Shown: in pieces, positions 37,655 through 46,435 of the stretch | How the letters are laid out: every line of letters begins with the position of its first letter | Numbering within the stretch: the stretch's first letter is position 1 | Assembly (NCBI GenBank): GCA_963767005.1 | Contig: CAVYCN010000003.1 | Span: forward strand, 224,001 to 288,000 | Length of the DNA stretch: 64,000 nucleotides | Origin: an uncultured Actinomycetes bacterium | GTDB lineage: Bacteria > Actinomycetota > Thermoleophilia > UBA2241 | Reading direction: 5' to 3' | Made by a program: the position numbers and the translations under genes | Notes under the pieces: generated by a model | The model's database searches: none | The model's input: only the letters and a program-made list of their open reading frames with translations | Told to the model about the DNA's origin: nothing

Positions 37655-39547
37655 CTACACCTCGGCGCCGGCCACGACGCCGAGCGCCGCGCGCTCGTCG
37701 CCGGTCAGACGCTGGACAGCCTCGAAGCGGCAGACCTGACGGCAGGTGTCGCACTTCGTGCAGGCCGCCAGGTCGATCACATGGGGCTGTTTGCGCTCAC
37801 CGCTGATCGCCCCCACCGGGCACTTCTTGGCGCAGAGCATGCAGCCCGTGCAGGTGTCGGCGTCGATGTGGTAGCTCACGAGGGCGCTGCAGGCCCGCGC
37901 CGGGCAGGCGCCCTTGTAGATGTGGGCCTCGTACTCGTCGCGGAAGTAGCGGATCGTCGTGAGGACCGGGTTGGGCGCCGTCTGGCCCAGGCCGCAGAGG
38001 CTGGTCCGCTTGATCGTGACGGCCAGCTTCTCGAGGCGCTCGATGTCGCCGTCCTCGCCCTCGCCGGCGGTGATGCGCTCGAGGATCTCGAGCATGCGCT
38101 TGGTGCCGAGGCGGCAGGGCACGCACTTGCCGCAGCTCTCATTCTGCGTGAACTGCAGGAAGTACCGCGCGAGGTCGACCATGCAGGTCTGGTCGTCGGC
38201 CACGACCATGCCGCCCGAGCCCATGATGGCGCCCGTCGCGGCCAGGCTCTCGTAGTCGATCGGCGTGTCGATGAGCGCGGCCGGCACGCAGCCGCCCGAG
38301 GGGCCGCCGAGCTGCACGGCCTTGAAATCGCGCCCGCCCTTGATGCCGCCGCCGACGCCGTAGACCATCTCGCGGATGGTCGAGCCGATCGGCACCTCGG
38401 CGAGGCCGCCGTTCACTACCTTGCCGGCCAGCGAGAAGGCCTTGGTGCCGCGGCTCTTCTCGGTGCCGAGCGCCGCGTAGGCCGCGGCCCCGTGCGTGAT
38501 GATCCAGGGGATGTTGGCGTAGGTCTCGACGTTGTTGATGTTCGTCGGCTTGCCCCACAGGCCCGAGACCGCCGGGAACGGCGGCCGCGGCCGCGGCATG
38601 CCGCGGCGGCCTTCGATGCTCGCCATGAGGGCCGTCTCCTCGCCGCAGACGAAAGCGCCGGCCCCCTCCTTGATCTTCAGGTGGAAGTCCCAGTCGGTGC
38701 CGAAGACGTGATCGCCGAGAAAGCCGTGCTCCTCGGCCTGGGCGATCGCCATGCGCAGGCGCCGCACGGCCAGCGGATACTCGGCGCGCACGTAGATGTA
38801 ACCGTCGCGCGCGCCGATCGCAAAGGAGCCGATGATCATGCCCTCGATCACGGCGTGCGGGTCGCCGTCCATGATCGAGGCGTCCATGAAGGCGCCGGGG
38901 TCGCCCTCGTCGCCGTTGCAGATCAGGTACTTCTGATCGCCCTTCGAGGCCGCCGCGAACTTCCACTTCTGGCCGGTCGGAAAGCCGGCGCCGCCGCGGC
39001 CACGGAGGCCCGAGGCCAGGACCTCGTCGATGACCCACTGGGAGGTCTTCTCGGTCACGACGGTGCGCGCGGCGGCGTAGCCGCCGCGCGCGATGTACTC
39101 GTCGATGCGCTCGGGATGGATGATGCCGACGTCGCGCAGCGCGATGCGCTTCTGCTGGGCGTAGAAGGGGATGTCGTGCCAGCAGGCGATGCGTTCGCCC
39201 GTGCCCGGCTCGACGTACAGCAGGTCCTCGACGACCGCGCCGCCGACGAGGTGCTCGGCGACGATGCGCTTGACGTCTTTGGCCTTGAGCTTCGGGTAGT
39301 ACGTCTCGTCGCCCGACACGACGGCGAGCGGGCCCTGCGAGCAAAGGCCGTGACAGCCGATGATCGCGACCTCGACCTGGTCGGCAAGGCCGGCCTCGGC
39401 GATCTCGTGCTCGAAGGCCTCGAACATCTTCATCGAGCCGGCGAACACGCAGGCGGTGCCGGCGCAGACCTGGACACGGCGGCGCCCGTCGGACGCGGGC
39501 ACCACGCCGACGCGCACGCCCTCGGTAGCGGTCGTCGAGGCGCTCAT
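37655..39547 (-). CDS. NuoF/HydB-like NAD(H)/FMN-binding subunit with extra Fe-S domains
   Basis: N-terminal CAGTAC..GCHGLC, SGLRGRGGAGFPTG, CNGDEGDPGAFMD, GAFVCGEETAL, ESCGKCVPCR, two C-terminal CxxCxxCxxxC motifs. Confidence 0.92.
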   Translation of the reverse strand: MSASTTATEGVRVGVVPASDGRRRVQVCAGTACVFAGSMKMFEAFEHEIAEAGLADQVEVAIIGCHGLCSQGPLAVVSGDETYYPKLKAKDVKRIVAEHLVGGAVVEDLLYVEPGTGERIACWHDIPFYAQQKRIALRDVGIIHPERIDEYIARGGYAAARTVVTEKTSQWVIDEVLASGLRGRGGAGFPTGQKWKFAAASKGDQKYLICNGDEGDPGAFMDASIMDGDPHAVIEGMIIGSFAIGARDGYIYVRAEYPLAVRRLRMAIAQAEEHGFLGDHVFGTDWDFHLKIKEGAGAFVCGEETALMASIEGRRGMPRPRPPFPAVSGLWGKPTNINNVETYANIPWIITHGAAAYAALGTEKSRGTKAFSLAGKVVNGGLAEVPIGSTIREMVYGVGGGIKGGRDFKAVQLGGPSGGCVPAALIDTPIDYESLAATGAIMGSGGMVVADDQTCMVDLARYFLQFTQNESCGKCVPCRLGTKRMLEILERITAGEGEDGDIERLEKLAVTIKRTSLCGLGQTAPNPVLTTIRYFRDEYEAHIYKGACPARACSALVSYHIDADTCTGCMLCAKKCPVGAISGERKQPHVIDLAACTKCDTCRQVCRFEAVQRLTGDERAALGVVAGAEV

Positions 39548-40143
39548 CGCCCGCCTCCGGCGCCGGCCGCGCCGTCGCCCGAAGCGCCGTCGTCGGCGCC
39601 CGCGGCGCCGCGCAGGTCGTCGCCGGTGAGGCCGAGCTGCTCGAGCACGCCGATGATGTAGGTGCGCGTGGAGTCGGGGGTGAGGTTGCCGAACGTGTCG
39701 CTGTCGATGCGCATGACGGGCGCCTGCGAGCAGGCCCCCATGCAGGCGACCGAGTCGAGCGTGAAGCTCATGTCGGGAGTGGTGCCGCCGTCGGCCACGC
39801 CGAGCTCCTGCTCGAGGGCCTCGGTGATGCGCGGCGCGCCCGCCACGTGGCAGGCCGTGCCGTGGCAGACGAAGACCTTGTGACGCCCGCTGGGCTCGGT
39901 CGAGAACTGCGCGTAGAAGGTGACGATGCCGTAGATGCGCGCCGCCGGCACGCCCGACAGGCGCGCGATCTCGTTGACCACGGGCTCCGGCAGGTAGCCG
40001 TAGTGCGCCTGTACGTGCTGCAGCACGGCGATGAGGTTGCCGTGGGGGTCGATCTCGCCGACCACCCGGCCGACCTCGGAGAGGTCGAGCTCGGGCACGG
40101 CCGCGCCGGCCTGGGCCTGAGAGTCTGTCACGCGCCTGGGCAT
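39544..40143 (-). CDS. NuoE/HydC-like [2Fe-2S] subunit
   Basis: YGYLP, TFYAQF, CHGTACHV, CMGACSQAP. Confidence 0.92.
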   Translation of the reverse strand: MPRRVTDSQAQAGAAVPELDLSEVGRVVGEIDPHGNLIAVLQHVQAHYGYLPEPVVNEIARLSGVPAARIYGIVTFYAQFSTEPSGRHKVFVCHGTACHVAGAPRITEALEQELGVADGGTTPDMSFTLDSVACMGACSQAPVMRIDSDTFGNLTPDSTRTYIIGVLEQLGLTGDDLRGAAGADDGASGDGAAGAGGGR

Positions 40144-40315
40144 GTCCTACCTTCCGCTGTCGCTCCACCGCGATCGGCCCCGTGGGGGCCTTCCACCATC
40201 AACGTGCCGCCACGTGCCCGGCCGCGCCCGGCGCCCGCAGGCGCCGGCGCCGAGCCGGTGTCGTCATTGTCGCGCCTCGGCGTCGAGGCGCGCAACCGAG
40301 GCGTCCCGCGCCGAG

Positions 40316-40355
40316 GCGCCGGTGGCGGGGGCGTCGACGCCCCCGCCACCGGCGC
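40316..40355. repeat. Perfect 40-bp palindrome after folD
   Basis: GCGCCGGTGGCGGGGGCGTC|GACGCCCCCGCCACCGGCGC. Confidence 0.7.
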
Positions 40356-40365
40356 TCGCGGGCTG

Positions 40366-41247
40366 TCAGGCGCCGCCGGTCTGGGCCTGGCAGGCCGCCA
40401 GGGCGTTCTTGAGCAGGATCACGTTCGTCACGGGGCCGACCCCGCCGGGCACCGGCGTGACCTTCGAGGCGACCTCGCAGACGGCGTCGAAGTCGAGGCT
40501 GCCGACCTGCTTGCCCTCGATGCGGATCGTGGTCACGTCGACGACGACCGCGCCGGGCTTGACCATGTCCTTCTTGATCAGGTTCTGCACCGGCGCGGCG
40601 CAGATCAGCACGTCGGCCTCGCGGCAGGCGGCCGCCACGTCCTTGCTGAAGACGTGGACCACGTGCACCGTCGCATTCTTGTTCAGGCAGAGCAGGGCGG
40701 CCGGCTTGCCGACGATGTTCGAGTGGTTGACGATCGTGACGTTCAGGCCCCTGTCCTTGCCCTCCCCGTCGACGTACATCAGATCGACACCCTCACGCGC
40801 GAGGATCTCCATGCAGGCCGACGGCGTCGCCGGAGCGAACAGGAAGTCGCCGAGCAGCACGTGGCCGATGTTGGCCGGGTTCACGCAGTCGAGGTCCTTG
40901 ATGGGGGCGATCGCGTTGAAGACGGCGTTCTGGTCGATGTCGCCGGCCATCGGCATCAGGGCGAGGATGCCGTGCACCGCCGGGTCGGCGTTGAGGGTCG
41001 CGATCAGGTCGAGCACCTCGGCCTGGCTCGTGCCGGCCGGCAGCGTGTGGTTGAAGTAGGCGAAGCCCACGGTGCCCGTGTTCTTCTCGATCTGGCCGCG
41101 ATAGAACTGCGCGCCGCCGTCGTCGCCGACGAGGATCGTCGCGACGCCCGGCTTGACGCCACGCGCGGCGAGCTTCTCGACCTCGGCGACGATCTCGGCA
41201 CGCACCTGTTCGGCGATCGCCTTGCCGTCGATGATCTGCGCTGTCAT
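40366..41247 (-). CDS. folD: Methylenetetrahydrofolate dehydrogenase (FolD family, probably monofunctional)
   Basis: IIDGKAIA, KDLDC, PATP, SNIVGKP, TPVPGGVGP. Confidence 0.9.
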   Translation of the reverse strand: MTAQIIDGKAIAEQVRAEIVAEVEKLAARGVKPGVATILVGDDGGAQFYRGQIEKNTGTVGFAYFNHTLPAGTSQAEVLDLIATLNADPAVHGILALMPMAGDIDQNAVFNAIAPIKDLDCVNPANIGHVLLGDFLFAPATPSACMEILAREGVDLMYVDGEGKDRGLNVTIVNHSNIVGKPAALLCLNKNATVHVVHVFSKDVAAACREADVLICAAPVQNLIKKDMVKPGAVVVDVTTIRIEGKQVGSLDFDAVCEVASKVTPVPGGVGPVTNVILLKNALAACQAQTGGA

Positions 41248-41299
41248 GTCGTTCCAGCCCTTCTGTCGTCGTGGGGCGCGGCCCTGCGGCGCGCGCGGC

Positions 41300-41941
41300 T
41301 CACAGCTTGTCGTGGGTGACGGCCATGACCTCGGCACGCAGAATGACCGCCTCGCCGAGGATGCCGTCGAGCTCGGCGCGCGCGGCGGCGACGTAGCCTT
41401 CGTCCTTGATCGAGCCGAGGTTGATGAGCACGTTCAGGGCGGCGCCCTGGGCCGCCGACTCACCCAGGATCGCGCCGATCGCGGCGTCGGTCACGGCCGC
41501 CGGGTTGCCGATCTCGGCGGCCGTCTTGGCCAGGCGGCAGACCTCGAGCGCCACGCGGGCGATCTCGAGCGGCACATTGGCGGCCACCTTGAGGGCGGCC
41601 TGGATGTGGGCGGCGCGCGCGGCCTGCTGCTCGGGCGTGTCCTTGGGCATGCGGTAGCCCTCGATCACGCCGTTGTAGGCCGTCGTGTCGTCCTGGAGCA
41701 GGCGCTCGAGCTCGACGCGGCGCGCCTCGGAGGCGGTCACGACCTCGCGCACCTGCGCCTCGACGCCGGCGAACTTCTCCTTGCCGATCGTCAGGTTGCA
41801 GACCATCGACACGAGGGCCGCGCCGAGTGCCCCGGCACAGGCCGACACGCTGCCGCCGCCGGGCGCCGGCTTGCCCGACGCGGCGTCGTCGACGTAGGTC
41901 TGCAGCGACTCGTCGCGGTAGATGGTGGCCTGGTCGCTCAC
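41300..41941 (-). CDS. fchA: FchA-type methenyl-THF cyclohydrolase / formiminoTHF cyclodeaminase family
   Basis: PAPGGGSVSA..GALGAALVSMVCNLT, D..AY, GN..AVTD, NVLINL. Confidence 0.85.
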   Translation of the reverse strand: MSDQATIYRDESLQTYVDDAASGKPAPGGGSVSACAGALGAALVSMVCNLTIGKEKFAGVEAQVREVVTASEARRVELERLLQDDTTAYNGVIEGYRMPKDTPEQQAARAAHIQAALKVAANVPLEIARVALEVCRLAKTAAEIGNPAAVTDAAIGAILGESAAQGAALNVLINLGSIKDEGYVAAARAELDGILGEAVILRAEVMAVTHDKL

Positions 41942-42028
41942 GGCTTATCCTCCGATCACTGGCGTTCGCTCGATGTCGGGGCCGGTCCGGCGGCCGCGGC
42001 GCGCAACCGCGCACGGACGGCGGCGGCG

Positions 42029-42070
42029 AGGCGGGGGCGGCGGCGCCGTACGGCGCCGCCGCCCCCGCCT
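42029..42070. repeat. Perfect 42-bp palindrome between fhs and fchA
   Basis: AGGCGGGGGCGGCGGCGCCGT|ACGGCGCCGCCGCCCCCGCCT. Confidence 0.7.
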
Positions 42071-42090
42071 GTCCGGCCCGCGGACCGCGT

Positions 42091-43806
42091 CTAGAACAGG
42101 CCGATGATGCGGCCGGTCTGCGTATCGATATCGACGTCGACCGCCGCCGGCCGCTTGGCCAGGCCCGGCATCGTACGCATCTCGCCGAGCAGCGGGTAGA
42201 GGTAACCCGCACCGGTCGCCGGACGGATGTCGCGGATCGGCACGCGGAAGCCGCGCGGCCGGCCCTTGAGCGCCGGGTCGTGACTGAGCGAGAGGTGCGT
42301 CTTGGCCATGCAGAGCGGCAGCTTGTCGAGGCCCTGCTCGGTGAAGAGCTTGATCTTGGCCTCGGCCTCGGGCAGATAGTCGACGCCGTCGGCGCCGTAG
42401 ATCTTGGTGGCGATGGTCTCGATCTTCTCCTTGATCGAGGCCTCGAGCGGGTAGAGGAACCTGAAGTCGCCGCCGCGGTCGGCCGCCGCCTTGACGACCT
42501 CGGCCGCCTCCTGGCCGCCGTCGCCGCCCAGGGCGTGGACGTTGATCGGCACCGCATCCTCGGCGCCGGCCGCCACGGCCGCCTTGCGCACGATCTCGAC
42601 CTCGGTCTCGCGGTCGAAGGCGAAGCGGTTGATGGTGACCACCACGGGGATGCCGAAGAACTTCATGTTCTCGATCTGCTTGGCGAGGTTCTCGCAGCCC
42701 TTCTCGAGGGCGACGTTGTTCTCGGCCTTGAGCGCCTCGGGATCGACCGGCATGCCGCCGTGCATCTTGAGCGCCCGCATGGTGCAGGTGATGACCACGG
42801 CGCTCGGCGCGAAGCCGCCGTAGCGGCAGATGATGTCCATGAACTTCTCGGCGCCCAGGTCGGCGGCGAAGCCGCTCTCGGTGACGACGTAGTCGGCCAG
42901 CTTCATGGCGACCTGGTCGGCGATGATCGAGTTGTTGCCCTGGGCGATGTTGGCGAACGGACCCGCGTGGATCAGGCTGGCGTTGCCCTCGAGGGTCTGC
43001 ATGAGGTTCGGCTTGATGGCGTCCTTGAGGAGCACCGTCATGGCGCCGCCGGCGCCGATGTCGTCGGCCGTGAGCGGCTTGCCCGTCTTGCTGTAGCCGA
43101 AGGTGATGCGGCCGAGACGCTCGCGCAGGTCCTTGAGCGAGGTCGCCAGGCCGAGGATGGCCATGACCTCGCTGGCGACCGTGATGTCGTAGCCGGTCTG
43201 GCGCGGGATGCCGTTCAAGCGGCCGCCGAGCCCGTTCACGATCTCGCGCATGGCGCGGTCGTTCAGGTCGACGCAGCGCCGCCACGAGATGGTCAGCGGG
43301 TCGATGTTCAGCTCGTTGCCGTGCATGAGATGGCTGTCGACCATGGCGGCGAGCAGGTTGTTGGCGGTGCCGACGGCGTGGATGTCGCCGGTGAAGTGGA
43401 GGTTCAGGTCCTCCATCGGGATGAGCTGCGAGTAACCGCCGCCGGCGGCGCCGCCCTTGATGCCGAAGACCGGCCCGAGCGACGGCTCGCGCAGCGCCAG
43501 CATCGTGTTGACGCCGATCGCGTTCATCGACTCGGACAGGCCGACGGCCGTGACCGTCTTGCCCTCGCCGAGCGGCGTCGGAGTGATGGCGGTGACGTCG
43601 ATGATCTTGCCGTCGGGCTTGTTCTTCAGCCGCTCGAGCAGGGCCATGTAGTCGATCTTGGCCTTGTAGCGGCCGTAGAGCTCGAGCTCCTCTTCGAGAA
43701 TGCCGACCTTGGCGGCGATCTCGGTGATCGGCAGCATGGTCGCCGCCTGGGCGATCTCGATGTCCTTGGGCACCGGGGACTTGCGGACAGGCTTTGCCGG
43801 ACTCAA
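42091..43806 (-). CDS. fhs: Formate--tetrahydrofolate ligase
   Basis: TAITPTPLGEGKT, GIKGGAAGGGYSQ, NLHFTGD, GPFANIA, MPGL; TTG start with GAGGAGG RBS. Confidence 0.97.
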   Translation of the reverse strand: MSPAKPVRKSPVPKDIEIAQAATMLPITEIAAKVGILEEELELYGRYKAKIDYMALLERLKNKPDGKIIDVTAITPTPLGEGKTVTAVGLSESMNAIGVNTMLALREPSLGPVFGIKGGAAGGGYSQLIPMEDLNLHFTGDIHAVGTANNLLAAMVDSHLMHGNELNIDPLTISWRRCVDLNDRAMREIVNGLGGRLNGIPRQTGYDITVASEVMAILGLATSLKDLRERLGRITFGYSKTGKPLTADDIGAGGAMTVLLKDAIKPNLMQTLEGNASLIHAGPFANIAQGNNSIIADQVAMKLADYVVTESGFAADLGAEKFMDIICRYGGFAPSAVVITCTMRALKMHGGMPVDPEALKAENNVALEKGCENLAKQIENMKFFGIPVVVTINRFAFDRETEVEIVRKAAVAAGAEDAVPINVHALGGDGGQEAAEVVKAAADRGGDFRFLYPLEASIKEKIETIATKIYGADGVDYLPEAEAKIKLFTEQGLDKLPLCMAKTHLSLSHDPALKGRPRGFRVPIRDIRPATGAGYLYPLLGEMRTMPGLAKRPAAVDVDIDTQTGRIIGLF

Positions 43807-43971
43807 CGCGCCCTCCTCTGTAGATCCACTTTCCACGCGCTTCACGATAGGACGGACAGAGGTCCCGGGCGGGTGCTCGCCGGCGTCGGACACGGTCGGT
43901 GGCCGAGCGACGACCCGCGCGGTGCGCTGACCGCTCTTGTGCACGATTCTACAAGGGCCGAAAAATGGGGG

Positions 43972-44940
43972 TCAAACCGGGCTCGACGGCGGTGCGGCGC
44001 CCGAGTCGCCACGATCCGACGTCCGCTCCCACAGGTCCCAGCGCTTGACCACCCGCATCCCGGCGCGTTCGTAGAGCGCAGCGGCGATCTCGTTGTCGGC
44101 GTCGACCGCGAGGGCCACGCGACCGATGCCACGAGCGGCGAACAGAGCGAACGAGTGGCGCAGCAGCGCCGTCGCCACACCGCGACCGCGATACGGCGCC
44201 GCGACGCCGAGAAAGCCGACCCAGCCGCGCGGTCCCATGGCGAGCCCGGTGAGCGCGCCGACCACGGCGGCGGCCTGTCGCGCCACGAGCCAGAGGGTTG
44301 GATCGTAGCCCGGGCCGCTCGCCTCCTCGTCGACCCAGCGCTCGTACGGTTGCGGCTCGTGGTCCCAGTGATCGGCGAAGGCCGCCTCGAGCACGCGATG
44401 GACGTCGGGCAGGTCGTCGGGCGAGCGGATGCCTTCGATCGCGATCCCCGCCGGCGACGGGCCCGCCTCGACCGGCCCCGCGAGCTCGATCTGCATGTGC
44501 CAGAAGTGACGTACGAACCGCAGCCCGCGGACCTCGAGCATCGCCGCCGCGGCGCGGTCGCCGGCGTTGATCGCGTGGCGGAACCGCACCGCCGGCAGGT
44601 CGGGCAGGAGACGAGCGGCGCGCTCCTCGATACGGTCCAGCAGCGCTGTGCCGAGCCCGCGACGCCGGTGGTCGGGGTGGACCACTCCCCACGACTCGAC
44701 CACGTCGGGATCCTCTCCGGCGACCTGCGCGTAGCCGACAATCGTGCCGCCGCCGTCAACGGCGACCCAGGCGTCGGTGGCCGGGTCGAAGCCCGGACGG
44801 CCCCAGCCGCTGCGCAGGAAGCCCTCGTCGAGCACGGCCTCGCCGGCGTCGTCCAGGTCGTCGGCGGCGAGCACTGCGGCGATCGCCCCGAGGTCGTCCC
44901 GGATGGGCGCTCGCAGGCTGTAGCCGTCAAGCAAACGCAT
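43972..44940 (-). CDS. Tandem GNAT acetyltransferase (MshD-like)
   Basis: VHPDHRRRGLGTALL and V..PYRGRGVATALL; LYERAG. Confidence 0.85.
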   Translation of the reverse strand: MRLLDGYSLRAPIRDDLGAIAAVLAADDLDDAGEAVLDEGFLRSGWGRPGFDPATDAWVAVDGGGTIVGYAQVAGEDPDVVESWGVVHPDHRRRGLGTALLDRIEERAARLLPDLPAVRFRHAINAGDRAAAAMLEVRGLRFVRHFWHMQIELAGPVEAGPSPAGIAIEGIRSPDDLPDVHRVLEAAFADHWDHEPQPYERWVDEEASGPGYDPTLWLVARQAAAVVGALTGLAMGPRGWVGFLGVAAPYRGRGVATALLRHSFALFAARGIGRVALAVDADNEIAAALYERAGMRVVKRWDLWERTSDRGDSGAAPPSSPV

Positions 44941-44989
44941 GGCGCCGGCGTATCCGTCCACGAGCGTCGCGCGGCCCGACCGGCGTTCT

Positions 44990-46318
44990 TCAGTCGCCGG
45001 CGGCGGCGCGGCGCCGGGCGGCGGCGCGCGCCGCGTCGTAGACGTCCTTGAGCGGCCGCCCGGCACGCGCCGCCGCCCGGCGGCAGTCTTCGTACTCGGG
45101 CGAGACGGTGACGAGCTCGTCGTCGAGGTAGCCCAGGCGGACGCGGATCGTGGCCGCGTCGCCGGCGCCCTCGTCCGGCGCCGGAGCGCCGGCCGCGGCG
45201 ACGGAGTCTCCAGGGGCGAGCCCGGTCGGATCGAGCTCGGCCGGCTCGACAACGGCCACGCGCTCGTCGAGCAGCAGGCGCCGCGCCGGCAGCACGCGCA
45301 GCCCGAAGGTCGAGGTCTCGCGGAACACGAGCGCCGCGAGCGCGGCCCGGTCCCCGGGCCGCGCGAGCACGCTGAGCACGGTGCCCGAGCGGCCCTTCTT
45401 CATGACCGCCGGCGTCGTCCAGACGTCGAGCGCACCGGCGTCGACCAGGCGTGCCGCCGCGTCTGCGAGCAGCTCGGCCGGCAGGTCGTCGATCGTCGCT
45501 TCGAGCAGCTCGACCTCGTCCTGCGACCAGGGCGCGCCCGGGCCGCCCGGCGCGCGGTCGAGCGGCTCGACGAGCAGGGCGCGCAACACGTTCGGCCGGC
45601 CCTCGAGCTCGCGCCGGCCGGCGCCGACGCCGGCGGTCAGCAGGCGGCCGGCAGGCAGGCCGCCGAAGCGCTCGACGAGGTGGGCGAGCAGGGCCGCTCC
45701 GGTGGGCGTGGCGAGCTCGGCGTCGGGCCCCGTGCCGGCGCCGGCCGTGGGCAGGCCGCGCAGCAGCCAGGCGACGGCCGGCGCCGGCACGGCGAGCTCG
45801 CCGTGGGCGGTGCGCACCGTGCCCGCGCCGAGCGCCGGCGGCGAGGCGCTCACCAGCGCCGGCGCGAGCGCCGCGACGAGGGAGACGACGGCGATGAGGT
45901 CGACGGCAGTGTCGAGGCCGGCGAGCTCGTGGAGGTGCTCCGCGCCGTCGCCGTGCACGGCGCGCTCGGCCGCGGCCATGCGCTCGGCGACGGCCACGAC
46001 CCCGTCGGATACGGCCGGCTCGAGGCGCGCCCCGCGCACGGCCGCGATGAGCTCGGCGAAGGTGGCAAAGCCGGGGCGCTCGTCGACGGTGAACGTCAGG
46101 GCGGCGAGGCCGCCGCGCCGCGCCGCCGCGACGTGCGCGACCGCCGGGTCGATGCCGACCGCCGCGAGGGCCGGCGCGACGATGCGGCCGAGCGCCGCGG
46201 CGGCGCCGGCAGCCGGGTCGCCCGCGTCCGCGCTCACCGCGAGCAGCGCCGCGGCCAGCATGTCGCCGCTCACGCCGCTCACGCAGTCGAGGTGCAGCAG
46301 CGGTCCATGGGCGCGCAT
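44990..46318 (-). CDS. larC: LarC family nickel insertion protein
   Basis: DCVSGVSGDM, HLHE, AHG..PAPA, ELATPTGAA, MKKGR, ETSTFGLR, PEYEDC. Confidence 0.88.
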   Translation of the reverse strand: MRAHGPLLHLDCVSGVSGDMLAAALLAVSADAGDPAAGAAAALGRIVAPALAAVGIDPAVAHVAAARRGGLAALTFTVDERPGFATFAELIAAVRGARLEPAVSDGVVAVAERMAAAERAVHGDGAEHLHELAGLDTAVDLIAVVSLVAALAPALVSASPPALGAGTVRTAHGELAVPAPAVAWLLRGLPTAGAGTGPDAELATPTGAALLAHLVERFGGLPAGRLLTAGVGAGRRELEGRPNVLRALLVEPLDRAPGGPGAPWSQDEVELLEATIDDLPAELLADAAARLVDAGALDVWTTPAVMKKGRSGTVLSVLARPGDRAALAALVFRETSTFGLRVLPARRLLLDERVAVVEPAELDPTGLAPGDSVAAAGAPAPDEGAGDAATIRVRLGYLDDELVTVSPEYEDCRRAAARAGRPLKDVYDAARAAARRRAAAGD

Positions 46319-46435
46319 CGGTGCCTCCGCGTAACGGGGTCGTTGCGCCGCATCCTAGCATCGCCGCCACACCCGCGACCGCTCGCCGTTCGCGCGGGCC
46401 TCCGCGCCGTTTCCCGGTCGGATAGAATCGCGGCC

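Noticed and set aside
37402-37657. nuoF-like TAG in phase with lrp, or hiding a third subunit
   Set aside because: The readthrough frame hits TGA before lrp and encodes nothing recognisable.
43810-43950. ZTP (pfl) or THF riboswitch upstream of fhs
   Set aside because: Only loose similarity (GGGTCGT...GCCCGGG); the conserved core is not evident. An Infernal/Rfam scan would be needed.
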